Below, one piece after another: positions 20,150 through 30,509 of a stretch of 64,000 bases of DNA (the stretch's first letter is position 1; each line of letters opens with the position of its first letter). Source of the DNA: Candidatus Anderseniibacteriota bacterium (GTDB lineage: Bacteria; Patescibacteriota; JAUYIX01); the NCBI GenBank assembly GCA_046350855.1, contig JAXLZM010000002.1:142103-206102 (forward strand), given 5' to 3'. Made by a program: the position numbers and the translations under genes. Below the pieces are notes generated by a model. It was given only the letters and a program-made list of their open reading frames with translations. It was not told the DNA's origin and did no database searches.

Positions 20150-21118
20150 CTACCGTAGCCCGGTCGCTTTGCGCACCTTTTGCATGGTCTGCTCGGCCCG
20201 CACACTCGCTTTTTTGGCATTGGCCTGGAGCAGCTCTAGGATAAACCCGTCACCTTTGGCTTTGAGTTCAGCATACTTTTTTTGGAGCGGTGCCAAATAC
20301 CCCGCAATATTTTTAGCGACGTGTTCTTTGTAGGCCTCGCAGTTACGATCCTCTTTGTGACACTGGGTCGAGAGTTGCTTTGTTTCCGCGCTTGGGAACT
20401 GCCGGTCATGCCATTCAAAAATGGTAATGGGGCGCTGACCCTCAAATGAGTTAGCCCGCTCCGGGTTGATTACCGCCTTGCGGATTTTTTTGCGAATCAC
20501 CTCGGCCGAGTCCAAAAGCTCTAAGGTGTTGCCGAGTGATTTGCTCATTTTGCCTTTGCCATCCAGGCCAATAATGCGAGCCGCATCGTTGACCTGTGCC
20601 CGCGGCAACTTAAACGTCTCGCCAAAGCCTTTGTTAAATTTGCGCGCGGCAATGCGTGTTAACTCGACGTGCTGAGCTTGGTCTTGTCCAACCGGTACCA
20701 GATCGCCGTCATACAACAAGATATCGGCCGCCATCAAGACGGGGTAGGCAAAAATGCCAAAGTTCAGTTTTTTATGCTGAGTGGCTTTTTCTTTGTACTG
20801 AGTCATGCGCTCGAGTTCGGCCACAGGTAGTTGAGTCCCTAAGATCCAGGCTAACTCGCTATGCTGGGGTACCTCGGACTGGATAAAAATCAGAGATTTT
20901 TGTGGATCGATCCCCGCCGCTAAATAAACCCGCACCAACTCCAAAATGCGGGTACGTAGTTGGGCAGGCTCGTAGGGAATCGTCATGGCATGCAGATCGG
21001 CGACAAAGAGGACGCACTCGTGCTCGCGTTGCAGTTTAACCAGCGGCTCAATGGCCGTGACCAAATTGCCGATATGCAGACTGCCCGTCGGCTGGAGGCC
21101 GGTAATTACGGATGACAT
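20150..21118 (-). CDS. trpS: Tryptophan--tRNA ligase
   Basis: GLQPTGSLHIGN, YPVLMAADIL, VPVGQDQ.QH, KMSKS. Confidence 0.97.
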   Translation of the reverse strand: MSSVITGLQPTGSLHIGNLVTAIEPLVKLQREHECVLFVADLHAMTIPYEPAQLRTRILELVRVYLAAGIDPQKSLIFIQSEVPQHSELAWILGTQLPVAELERMTQYKEKATQHKKLNFGIFAYPVLMAADILLYDGDLVPVGQDQAQHVELTRIAARKFNKGFGETFKLPRAQVNDAARIIGLDGKGKMSKSLGNTLELLDSAEVIRKKIRKAVINPERANSFEGQRPITIFEWHDRQFPSAETKQLSTQCHKEDRNCEAYKEHVAKNIAGYLAPLQKKYAELKAKGDGFILELLQANAKKASVRAEQTMQKVRKATGLR

Positions 21119-21183
21119 AGCGCTATCCTACACTAGGCCCTAGTGATCAAGCCAGGGCCTTGGTGCAGTCTATAGTGTGTAGA

Positions 21184-23160
21184 TTACGCTCGGACGACGA
21201 TCGGCAAGATCATCGGGCGACGCTCGGTTTTACCCCAGATGAACTCCGCCAACTCGTTACGGATGCGTGAGTTGAGGTAGTCCACGTTGACTTCGGCATT
21301 GGGGGAGACCCCGGCCAAAATCGCTTTGACGCGCTCCTCGATCTCTTTACCGAGTTTGGCGTTGTGTTGGAGCGAGGCAAAGCCACGGCTGATCACCATC
21401 GGCTCGCGCACCATTTGGCCGTGAGCGTTGGTGGTCACGATAATGACTAAGAGTCCCTCGGCGGCAAGCTCTTTGCGATCGCGCAAAACGATCTGTGAGA
21501 TGTCGCCCTCGCCCAGTCCATCCACCAAGACGTTGCCAGCTGGCACTTTAAACTTGGTTAGGTCGCCACGACCGGTTTGGTCAAACTCTAAGACATCACC
21601 GTTCTCGATCACAAAACTGTTGTGACGGGGGATACCCACCGGGACGGCCAGCTCGGCGCACAACTTGCGCCGCGTAAAGTTGGCGTGGATCGGGATCAAG
21701 TATTTGGGACGAACCAAGCGCATCATCAACTTGAGGTCCTCGTTTTTGCCATGCCCTCCCGCATGCACGTCCATGATCGATTTTTCGATGATCTGCGCCC
21801 CTTGGCGGGTAAGCGAGTCTTGCAAGGCTTCGATACCCCGCTCGTTGCCCGGGATAACGGACGAACTAAACAGTACCGTATCGCCTGGTTTGATCGCGAT
21901 ACTACGATGTTCGCCATTGGCGATGCGCATCAGCATGGCAAACTCCTCGGCTTGCGCGCCCGTGCCGATCACCATGACTTTATTGTCGGGGTAGTTGTTC
22001 ATCTCACGAACATCGATCAAGGTACCGGGTTTGATACGGATGACCTGTAGCTGATGCGCGATCTCGGTGTAGGACTTCATGCCACGACCCTCGAGAACCA
22101 CTTTGCGGCCGTATTTTTCGGCCAGGTTAAGTAGCATTTGCACGCGGGTAATGAGCGAGGCAAAGGTCACCGCGATCAAACGACCTTTGGTGTCTTTAAA
22201 GACATCCTCTAGGGTGCGTTGCACGTCGGTTTCGGAGATTTGGTGCCCGGGGTAGCCCGCATCGGTCGAGTCGATCAAAAGCGCCAAGACCCCTTTGTCA
22301 CCGATCTGCGCGATGTGACCGACATCCGATGGCTTGCCGAGGGTGGGTGAGAGGTCAAACTTAAAGTCGCCTGAGTGCACGATCGTGCCATTGGGCGTAT
22401 GGATCGCAAAGCCGACCGCCTCCGGAATATTGTGGTTGATATGAAAGATCTCAACCTTAAACGCCCCGAGCTGAATCACATCACGTGGTGTAAAGGTATT
22501 GATCTTAAAGCGATCTTTGTTGCCAAATTCTTCTTGGCGTTTTTCGATGAGCGCTTTGCTCAAGGGAGTGCAGTAGATCGGCGGATAATTGAGCAAGGGC
22601 GCAATGTGCGGCAGACCACCGATGTGGTCCAAGTGACCGTGACAGACCAACATGGCGCGGATGCGACTAGCATTCTCGCGCAAATACGATGAGTTAGGGA
22701 TGACGTAGTCTACGCCAGGCAGAACCTCCGAGTCGGCAAACCAGGTGCCGCAGTCGATAGTAATGATGTCGTCACCGTATTCGAGGACGGCCATGTTGCG
22801 CTCTCCGGGGGTCTCAAGACCACCCAAAAAGAACAAGCGTAATTTGTTAGCACCCACCGCGGGAACCTGCATGGGCTCCTGTGTGGTGGCAATCTCCATA
22901 CGGTAGCGTGGCCCGGCTGGTTTACCCGGACGGCGGACAAAGCGATCGCGTCCGCCTCTAAAGCGACCACCCCCGCCGCCACTGCGGCGGCCTTTATTGC
23001 GGCCGCCAGAGCCTCGGCCCCCCGAGCGTTGCCTGTTAAAGGGGCGGTCCGATCCGCGGCCGGCTTGGCCGGGACCACTCGGTCGGCGGTTTTGTTGATT
23101 GTTTGTGCCGCTACGCGGCGTAGTAGATCCGCTTTTAGGGCGGAAAAATCGTGCGTTCAT
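21184..23160 (-). CDS. rnj: Ribonuclease J with long Arg/Gly-rich N-terminal extension
   Basis: HGHLDHIGG, HNIPE, HSGDFKFD, IPGNE, HAGGHG, TERRPMILP. Confidence 0.95.
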   Translation of the reverse strand: MNARFFRPKSGSTTPRSGTNNQQNRRPSGPGQAGRGSDRPFNRQRSGGRGSGGRNKGRRSGGGGGRFRGGRDRFVRRPGKPAGPRYRMEIATTQEPMQVPAVGANKLRLFFLGGLETPGERNMAVLEYGDDIITIDCGTWFADSEVLPGVDYVIPNSSYLRENASRIRAMLVCHGHLDHIGGLPHIAPLLNYPPIYCTPLSKALIEKRQEEFGNKDRFKINTFTPRDVIQLGAFKVEIFHINHNIPEAVGFAIHTPNGTIVHSGDFKFDLSPTLGKPSDVGHIAQIGDKGVLALLIDSTDAGYPGHQISETDVQRTLEDVFKDTKGRLIAVTFASLITRVQMLLNLAEKYGRKVVLEGRGMKSYTEIAHQLQVIRIKPGTLIDVREMNNYPDNKVMVIGTGAQAEEFAMLMRIANGEHRSIAIKPGDTVLFSSSVIPGNERGIEALQDSLTRQGAQIIEKSIMDVHAGGHGKNEDLKLMMRLVRPKYLIPIHANFTRRKLCAELAVPVGIPRHNSFVIENGDVLEFDQTGRGDLTKFKVPAGNVLVDGLGEGDISQIVLRDRKELAAEGLLVIIVTTNAHGQMVREPMVISRGFASLQHNAKLGKEIEERVKAILAGVSPNAEVNVDYLNSRIRNELAEFIWGKTERRPMILPIVVRA

Positions 23161-23261
23161 ATAGTTTTGGTATCTCCTTAAATGAGTTTTGTTAGGATCG
23201 AACGGCGCTAGAGGGCGACCGCTGGACCGTGAATTAAAATAAAAATTCTAAAAAAATGTGA

Positions 23262-24953
23262 CTATGATTTGGGAATTCGTTTGGTTTTGATGTACCAGTT
23301 GTGGACATCATTAAAGCGATCGGCCGGAATAGTGATCGTGGTGAGCGCTACACCTTTGATTTTATCGCGCACCGCCATGACGTACTGTGGACTGTACAAA
23401 AAGATAGCGTGTAGCTCTTTAGCCAAGAGTTTGCTGATCGCAGTTTGTTTGGCGGCACGCTTGGCGGGATCGGTAGTTTGACGCGCTTCCTCGAGGAGCT
23501 TGTCGAGCTCATCGTCGCTAAACGAGGTTAAGTTGAGGCCCGGATCGGCGATCTGGGTCGAGTGCCAAAATGGGTAAAGGTCTGGATCCGCTCCCGTAAC
23601 TTCACCAAAGAGCAGGACCTGGTACTTGCGCTCACGAATATGGGTCTGTTGCAGTTCAGCCACGGGGGCATTGACGATTACGACCTCAATCCCAACCGCC
23701 TCCCAGTAGCCCTTGATCATCTCGGCCACGGCGCGGTTTTCGGCTGTGTCGGCCGTCACGATCTCTGCGATGAGTTTGTCTTTGTCCTTAAACCAGCGAC
23801 CGTCTTTAAAGGTCCAGCCGTCCTGCTTGAGCAAAGCCTTGGATTTTTCTGGGTCGTAGCCGTAGACCGTCACGTCGGCCGTGTACCCCAAGGCACCCGG
23901 TACCAACGGCGAGTTAACCACAACGCCGTGACCTTGCAGCACCTTCTCGACCAGTTCTGACTTTTTAATGGCATGCGAGAGCGCCTGTCTGACCGCATCC
24001 GGCCGTAAATACGTATTGGTGTTGGCATTAATAAAGAGAGCGTCGTAGCGCGGCAAGCCGATACTCAGGAGCTGCGCGTTGTTGTTTTGCAAACTGCCCG
24101 TCTCGCTAATGGGAATCCCCCCGACCGTGTCCACATCATTATCCTTATAGGCCTGCACCAAATCCTCGGGGGTCTCGTAAAACGTCACCGAAATAGCATC
24201 AATGTGTGGTCGTCCAAAATGGTAGGCCGGGTTTGCTACCAGGTGGAACTTCTTAATCTTACCGGTTTTGTCTTTGGTGAGCTCATCAAATTTATACGGA
24301 CCCGAACCGATCGGCTTGGTGTTGAGTTCTGCCAAACTGGCGTTGGCACCTGGCACCGAGGCCCAGAGATGCTCCGGTAAAATGCCAAAGGTGAGTGTGG
24401 ACTGGAAGGGCGCATAGACCTCTTGCAGGGTAAACTTGACCGTGCGCTCATCGACCTGTTCGACCGTCACACCTTTAAAGCCGAGATTGAGCGGGGACTG
24501 CCAGTTGGGATCCTGAATGGCCTTAACGGTAAAGACTACGTCGCTAGCGGTGAGCGGCTGATCGTCGTGCCACTTGAGGTTGGGACGCAGGACGACCGTG
24601 TAGGTTTTTTGGTCTTTGCTGACGCTGACCGACTCGGCCAGGTCACCGTAGAGTTTGGCCTCTTTATCGAGCTTAAACAAACTGCCAAAGACCAGCGTCG
24701 AGAGGTCCATATCAACATCGGAGGTAGGGGCGAGCAGCGGGTTGACGTAGCGCGGCTGGCCGACGATACCCAAGGTAATGCTCCCGCCCTGTTCGGCCAC
24801 TACCATGGTCGAGTTGAGGTAGTTGCGGAGTCCCCACCAGGTGGCACCTCCAAAAAAGACCACGATGGCGAGCAGGACGAGAGTCTTCTCGGTCAGTGAG
24901 AGGGTTTTGGGGAGCAACTTGAGGCGGCGCAAGGAGGCCAGTTTTTCTGCCAT
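23262..24953 (-). CDS. Family 5 (OppA/DppA-like) solute-binding protein with N-terminal TM anchor
   Basis: NPLLA, DLAES, LR..LKWHD..PLTASDVVFT, PIGSGPYKF, VRQALS.AI. Confidence 0.9.
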   Translation of the reverse strand: MAEKLASLRRLKLLPKTLSLTEKTLVLLAIVVFFGGATWWGLRNYLNSTMVVAEQGGSITLGIVGQPRYVNPLLAPTSDVDMDLSTLVFGSLFKLDKEAKLYGDLAESVSVSKDQKTYTVVLRPNLKWHDDQPLTASDVVFTVKAIQDPNWQSPLNLGFKGVTVEQVDERTVKFTLQEVYAPFQSTLTFGILPEHLWASVPGANASLAELNTKPIGSGPYKFDELTKDKTGKIKKFHLVANPAYHFGRPHIDAISVTFYETPEDLVQAYKDNDVDTVGGIPISETGSLQNNNAQLLSIGLPRYDALFINANTNTYLRPDAVRQALSHAIKKSELVEKVLQGHGVVVNSPLVPGALGYTADVTVYGYDPEKSKALLKQDGWTFKDGRWFKDKDKLIAEIVTADTAENRAVAEMIKGYWEAVGIEVVIVNAPVAELQQTHIRERKYQVLLFGEVTGADPDLYPFWHSTQIADPGLNLTSFSDDELDKLLEEARQTTDPAKRAAKQTAISKLLAKELHAIFLYSPQYVMAVRDKIKGVALTTITIPADRFNDVHNWYIKTKRIPKS

Positions 24954-24972
24954 AGCTAATAAGTGGAGAGAG

Positions 24973-25191
24973 TTAGGCGATCAAAACACGAGTGAGGGCG
25001 AGGCCGGCAAAAGCCACCGCAAAAATGATTGTGGCGTAAAAGACGATTTTTTCGGCACCACGCTTGGTGCGATAGACGTTACCTTCGCCACCAAAGACTT
25101 GGCCGAGGCCGACACCCTTGGGCTGAATCAAAACCGACACTACCAGCAAGCCCGCCGTAACCATCTGGGCGATTAGCAATACGTTATCCAT
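24973..25191 (-). CDS. secG: Preprotein translocase subunit SecG
   Basis: VLIQPKGVGLGQVFGG...TKRGAEK, two TM helices, 72 aa. Confidence 0.93.
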   Translation of the reverse strand: MDNVLLIAQMVTAGLLVVSVLIQPKGVGLGQVFGGEGNVYRTKRGAEKIVFYATIIFAVAFAGLALTRVLIA

Positions 25192-25286
25192 GAGCGCTAC
25201 TTGATATCACGGGCGGTGTCATATGTCAATTCACGGGCCGTACGCAAGTTGGAGCGAGAGTCCACGTGCGTCACGGTGATTTTTGG

Positions 25287-25706
25287 CTACTGACGGTCAA
25301 GATATTCGCAGTTGTCCGGGGTCGTTGCATTCTCGTCCACGCAAAAGGCGTAGGCCGTCTCGTCCTGCAAACAGGTGCCAAACGTGTCGACGTAAAAGCG
25401 GTAGTCCGGATTCTCCGGAGGTGGGACGGGCAGCGGTTTAAAGTTAGTAAAGCACGTACCAATCTCACTCAAGTCGGTCGAACCGGTGTTGTTAGTCGTG
25501 TTGTTTGAGGTGTTGTTGGTATTGGATTTGTTACCAGCCTCCAGTAGGGGGAACAAACTATTGTTGCCACAGTTGGGGTCCTCACCGATCGTACAGGGTG
25601 GTGTGGCGCGGGTGGCCGCTTGCGAACTGATAAAGAAATAACCAGCCACACCCAGCGCAATAACGCTGAGCCCGAGGGCGATCCAAGTAATGACTTTGCT
25701 GCTCAT
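25287..25706 (-). CDS. Membrane-anchored small Cys-containing exported protein
   Basis: N-terminal TM, Asn/Thr linker, six Cys. Confidence 0.65.
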   Translation of the reverse strand: MSSKVITWIALGLSVIALGVAGYFFISSQAATRATPPCTIGEDPNCGNNSLFPLLEAGNKSNTNNTSNNTTNNTGSTDLSEIGTCFTNFKPLPVPPPENPDYRFYVDTFGTCLQDETAYAFCVDENATTPDNCEYLDRQ

Positions 25707-25727
25707 GGGAGTGTGCGGCCAGTATAG

Positions 25728-25967
25728 CTAGCCGTCCCGACCATGTCGAGGCTTATTGACGCGCGAGGCATGGCGTACGCTTAGGCGCCCATGGCTACCG
25801 CGGCGACCCGGACCATGTCGCACGTCTTGCGGCTTGCCAGTCCCACCAGGGTGCCTTGCGGCTAAGCGTTGCAAGGTAAAGACATGCTTGCCCGTGACCG
25901 GCATGCGCTTGCGCTTTTTGTGTTCGCGTTTTTCGGCGCGGGTCCCATGCTCGCTGCGTCGGACCAT
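25728..25967 (-). CDS. Possible small, highly basic protein
   Basis: Only ORF co-oriented with its neighbours in this gap; very Arg/His/Lys-rich; no recognised motif. Confidence 0.35.
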   Translation of the reverse strand: MVRRSEHGTRAEKREHKKRKRMPVTGKHVFTLQRLAARHPGGTGKPQDVRHGPGRRGSHGRLSVRHASRVNKPRHGRDG

Positions 25968-25980
25968 TAGAGTGTAGACA

Positions 25981-28179
25981 TTAGGGTGCGATCAAAGTTT
26001 GGGCGACATTTTGCACCGCGCGCGAGACGGCCGCGGTTCCGCCGTAGATAAAGCCGTCCACGATCGTGCTGGCATGCTGCTCGAGGTAGTCCCAAATCGG
26101 TTGCGGTAGATTCTCTGGCTGAACCAATACAATCGGTGCCGTGGTATCTGCCGCGAGGTTGGCACCTGCTAATCCATCGGCAAAATTTGTACCGGTTGCA
26201 AGAGCAACGTTATCTGCGCGTGGGTAGAATTTTTCAGCCACTTTTTGCGAGGTCTCGTAGCGGTCCTCGCCAGCGATACGTTTGACGTTGATGCCGCGCG
26301 CGCTGAGTTGGTCTGCCACTGCTTGGCTGATGACCGACTCACCCCCGATCAAAAAGATGCCTTTAACGGTGTTGCCGATGGGGCCGTCCAAAAAGTCGAG
26401 TGTGGCCTGTGGTATGGAATCTTTGCTGGTTAAGAGAATTTGTTCGCCCCGCTCGGTGGCCGGACCTGCTGCCGACAAAATATCCGGGAAATTTGCCCCA
26501 GTGCCCATAAAGATGTTGTCGTGCTTGCTGCCGACTAAGGTCGCAATGGTCGCTGCGGTTTCAAAACGATTGTTGCCGGCCACGCGCACCACCGTAAAAC
26601 CAAGCCCTTCTAAGTCGTTAGTCACCTCCTGGCTAACGGCGGAGGTTCCACCCAGGATGAACACTCGCTTGCCTTGATCACGAGCCAAAACCCGATCAAT
26701 CTCGGTTGCGGTGGCGGGCGTAATGTCATTGCTTGCGGTCAAGAGCAGGGGTCCTTCGGCGTACCAGCGTGCGAGCACCGCACCACCTAAAGCGTCCGGC
26801 CAGTTTTCCCCGGTTGCGAGGACGACGCCCTTAGCACTGTGCGCAGTGGGGAACTGCTCTTGGCTAATGGCGATGGCAGTCTCGTAGCGGTTGCTGCCAA
26901 AGAGGCGTTTGAGTGAGTCGGGCACACCTTGCCCGTAGGCGCTCAACCCGTCCCACATGGCTTTGTCGCCGTCTTCGTAGCCGAGGGCCCAGACTGCCAC
27001 ACCACCCAGGTCCTGCGCATCGGCAAAATTGTATTTGTTAACCAGACTCTGGGCGTCGTCGTACCAAGTCTGGAATTGCTGTCCCGCTGCTGCGGTCGTG
27101 TAGGGGACCTGCGACGGTGCGTACCAGTTTTTGTTGTGGAGGGCGGCCTCCTCCTCAGCCTCGGTAAAAAGCAGCGGGCCAAGCCAGTCGCCACCCCCGC
27201 TACACGATGGGCTCACGCTTTTTGGTACGGATGAACCGCTCGTCTCCCAGCTGCCACCGTACCAGGGCACTCCGAGGATGAGTTTGTCTGGTCCGGCCGA
27301 ACCGAGTTCAGCCAAATAGGTCTGCACCGATTTTTGTACGGAATAATTGGCGCGCCAGCTCGTGTCATAAAGAGGAGCGATCGGGCCAGCCGTGTCGCTC
27401 CAGCAACCCCAGTAGTCGTAGCCCATCATGATGAGGCCGTCAGAGTTGGCGGCGAGGGCTGCGATATCAAAGGCGCTGGTCCAGTCGATGGCGGGAATGT
27501 CGATCGTCACGGTCGAGCCAGACTTGGCCGCATGCATCTTGCTCGTGAGCGTCTTGATAAAGTCGGTTAGCGCCGCGCGATTGCTGCTTTGGATCAGCTC
27601 GAGGTCGACGTTGATTCCGTCCGCATCCTCGGCCACTACTTTGGCGACCAAGGCGTCGGCCGCGCGGGTGTAGTAGGTCTTGCTGGTGAGTAAGGCATTG
27701 TTAGCACTGACATCGGTGCTTGTCATAGCGTACTCGACACGCACCCCGTTAGCATGGGCCAAGTCGACCAGTCCGGCGGGTGCTGCGTAGTTGGGATTGC
27801 TCGTGTCGAGGTAGCCGTCAAATTTTACCTGCAACTTAAAAAAGACGAGCGTACTGAGCGCCGACCAGCGGTAGTCAGCTTCGGAGCCGTTCATCCAGTA
27901 GGGGTGAAAACCATAGACTTTGTGTGCCGTGGCGGTGCTGGGGGTGACGGACTGCGCACTCGGTCCTGTATTGAGGCTGCTCGGTTGCTCAACCGTGTGG
28001 GCAAACTGCTTGTGCGCATTGAGCTGATCTTGTTCAGCTCGAGAGGAGGTAAATCCTGCCGGTGCGCCGCCCGCAGTCTGGGCCGCTGCTCGTGCGGCTG
28101 TTGGTGCGGTAAAAATCTGCTGCACAAAGGGCAGTGACAAAACGAGCAGACTGACAGCGGCAAGCCGACGATACCTCAT
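25981..28179 (-). CDS. Secreted GH18 glycoside hydrolase with three C-terminal cell-wall-binding-2 repeats
   Basis: Signal peptide; DGINVDLE, MMGYDY, LILGVPWYG, GGVAVWALG; repeats RLFGSNRYETA / RVAGNNRFETA / RIAGEDRYETS with ATGENWPDAL, GTGANFPDIL, ATGTNFADGL. Confidence 0.92.
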   Translation of the reverse strand: MRYRRLAAVSLLVLSLPFVQQIFTAPTAARAAAQTAGGAPAGFTSSRAEQDQLNAHKQFAHTVEQPSSLNTGPSAQSVTPSTATAHKVYGFHPYWMNGSEADYRWSALSTLVFFKLQVKFDGYLDTSNPNYAAPAGLVDLAHANGVRVEYAMTSTDVSANNALLTSKTYYTRAADALVAKVVAEDADGINVDLELIQSSNRAALTDFIKTLTSKMHAAKSGSTVTIDIPAIDWTSAFDIAALAANSDGLIMMGYDYWGCWSDTAGPIAPLYDTSWRANYSVQKSVQTYLAELGSAGPDKLILGVPWYGGSWETSGSSVPKSVSPSCSGGGDWLGPLLFTEAEEEAALHNKNWYAPSQVPYTTAAAGQQFQTWYDDAQSLVNKYNFADAQDLGGVAVWALGYEDGDKAMWDGLSAYGQGVPDSLKRLFGSNRYETAIAISQEQFPTAHSAKGVVLATGENWPDALGGAVLARWYAEGPLLLTASNDITPATATEIDRVLARDQGKRVFILGGTSAVSQEVTNDLEGLGFTVVRVAGNNRFETAATIATLVGSKHDNIFMGTGANFPDILSAAGPATERGEQILLTSKDSIPQATLDFLDGPIGNTVKGIFLIGGESVISQAVADQLSARGINVKRIAGEDRYETSQKVAEKFYPRADNVALATGTNFADGLAGANLAADTTAPIVLVQPENLPQPIWDYLEQHASTIVDGFIYGGTAAVSRAVQNVAQTLIAP

Positions 28180-28236
28180 AAGGGCATCCTAGCAGACCAA
28201 TTGTGATCTCGCTGTTAACCGTTATACTAAAGCGGT

Positions 28237-30509
28237 ATGAGCAAGAGAACGCAGCGCGGCCTCATTATTCTGGGATCTTTTGCAGTCCTCGCCATCGCTG
28301 CGGTGATCGTGGCCTACGGCGACGAGATCGTGACGTTTGTATCAGGGCCAGCCAAAAAAAATACCGTGAACACTGTACAGTCGGCTGACAGTGCAGCATA
28401 TAGGGCAAAGCTTGATGCATATCTTAAGGCTGACACTTCGGCTAAGCGCATTACCGACGCAGAAAAAAATAAAAAAATTACCCATTCTGAAGCATTGGTT
28501 CAGTATCTTAAACTCGCCCTTGATCCTGCCTCATTGGAACCTAGTTTTGTTGGAACCGTACAATTTGATCCGCAATTTACTGGCCCCGATCCTTTTCAGA
28601 ATGCAATAACAGAAAGTTTTTCTAATAGAAAGCAATTTTCTCCCGCGCAACTTAAGGAAATTGACCGCTTGACCGCACCTGCGACTGAAGATGGAAAAGT
28701 TTCGTATAACCTAAAGGCGCAAATTTCCATTATTGAAATCCCAAGGTCATTTGTTTGTAATCCACCAATAACCAATGCGATCTGTGGGAAAAACTTTATG
28801 ATACATAAGGAAAGTGATCAAGATTTTACAAGAGCAAAAATTGTTCTTAGTCAGCTCGAATCTGACTATACTCAGTCGCAAGACAGCAGCAAGGGATTTT
28901 CCTTTACGCCACCCCGTCATGACGGAAATTGCCAAGACAAACGAACTAATGGTCTTATCGATGTATATCTTGTAAAGAATTTACCCTCTTACGCTGATGG
29001 CTTTGCGGTGCCCTGTCTTGATTCTTATGGGGTATACCAGGGAGGATATATTCAACTAAGCAGCGAAATTCCTCTGGATGTAATTCCATTTACAGCCACA
29101 CATGAATTCACGCACCTCTTGCAATTTGAAGCCGGGCAATTAAAAGGCAACGCAAACGCTACCTTTATTGAGGGCGGTGCAGAGGTTCGTCTAACCACTA
29201 TGAGCTGGGTACGCCAGTGGAAAGTGGCTATCTACAAATGGCCAGTTTTGCCCAATATATGCCCGTCACTTCTCCTTGACGTTCCCGATGTGTATCCTCC
29301 CAGACCAGAAGATAGGCCGTTGTATGGCATTTATTATCTTGAGAGACTCTAGAAAAGAACTAACAAATGCTGTATTAAAAGCTACCTGGACTGTGGTAGT
29401 TCACTTAAGGTTTTCAAAATGCACTTGGCAGTGCTTTGAAGTTTACCGATTCCAAAAATGGAACAGGAACGTGCAAGTTTTCTGATACTAAGAGGACTAC
29501 TCGCTTTCGGCTACGCTGGTTATGTCATCGTCGGTTTGCCCGAGGGCAGTCTGTACCCGCGATTGGCAACGGGTGCCTTCGTCACCAGTCAATCACCCCA
29601 AACGCCTTTTCATTATTCATATCCAGTAAGTATCCGAACACATTGCGCGCGGCGGGGTTGCTTTTTGGCGAGGTAGTCTTGTAAAAAATGATGGCAGTCT
29701 TGAAAAAAAATAAAGTATTAACTTTGTCAAAGGACGATGGAAATTCCCCTACGCTTAGTCGCACAATGGATGTCGCTCAAATGGCTTCCGCTGACACCTA
29801 TTTTGTACAAGGACTCTCGCTCGACAAGGGGGATGGCATCCAGTTTGAATACACTTTTAAATTTTTATGCTCCGGCCCAGATGATGATATTTCCGATAAT
29901 ACTTCAGCTGGCAGTGGGCTTGAGAGTTGCCCCATTGACGATGATGACGAAACGGGCACGATCAAGCAAACTCACAACGCCTCATGTGATTACGGCGGAG
30001 TTTGTACTCAAGTAAACCCGCCACCGCAACAGCAAACGTACAGCGAAGGCTCACGTTTAGCATGCGCACCACTCTACGAGAACTATGGGACACAAAATCA
30101 GATCCGTCGTGATTACTTTGAGCAGCACCACCTAGAGGGAGGGCTGCCAGTGGCCAACACCGAGCAGTGCAACCAAAACCTATGGTTTTTTGTGTATCTC
30201 GATAGTAATAAAAACGGCGTGATTGATGCTTGTGGTAATGATTATGACCCACCCTGTGCCTCTGGTAGAACACCAGACCAGCGGCTCTCAGGCGCGACCG
30301 TACATGTCGAAAGTCAAACAGACCATACTAAATACTTGGATGTTACGACTAACAGCATTGGTGAATATCAATCAGGCGACATCCCAGCGGACAAGTACCA
30401 GATCTCGGCAAGTAAGTCCGGGACACTGCCAACTAACCAGTCCAGTTATCTAATTGACACGACCAAGTCGTACGGTAAAGTTTTCAATTTTTTGCTCACG
30501 CCTAATTAG
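28237..30509 (+). CDS. Large membrane-anchored/secreted protein with HExxH metallopeptidase motif and C-terminal beta-sandwich (Cna-B/SdrD-like); broken by frameshifts ~29.2-29.7 kb
   Basis: ORFs 28237-29352 (TM, ATHEFTHLLQ, FIEGGAE) and 29688-30509 (YLDSNKNG..D, LSGATV, TTNSIGEY, YQISASKSG); joining them is inferred. Confidence 0.6.
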
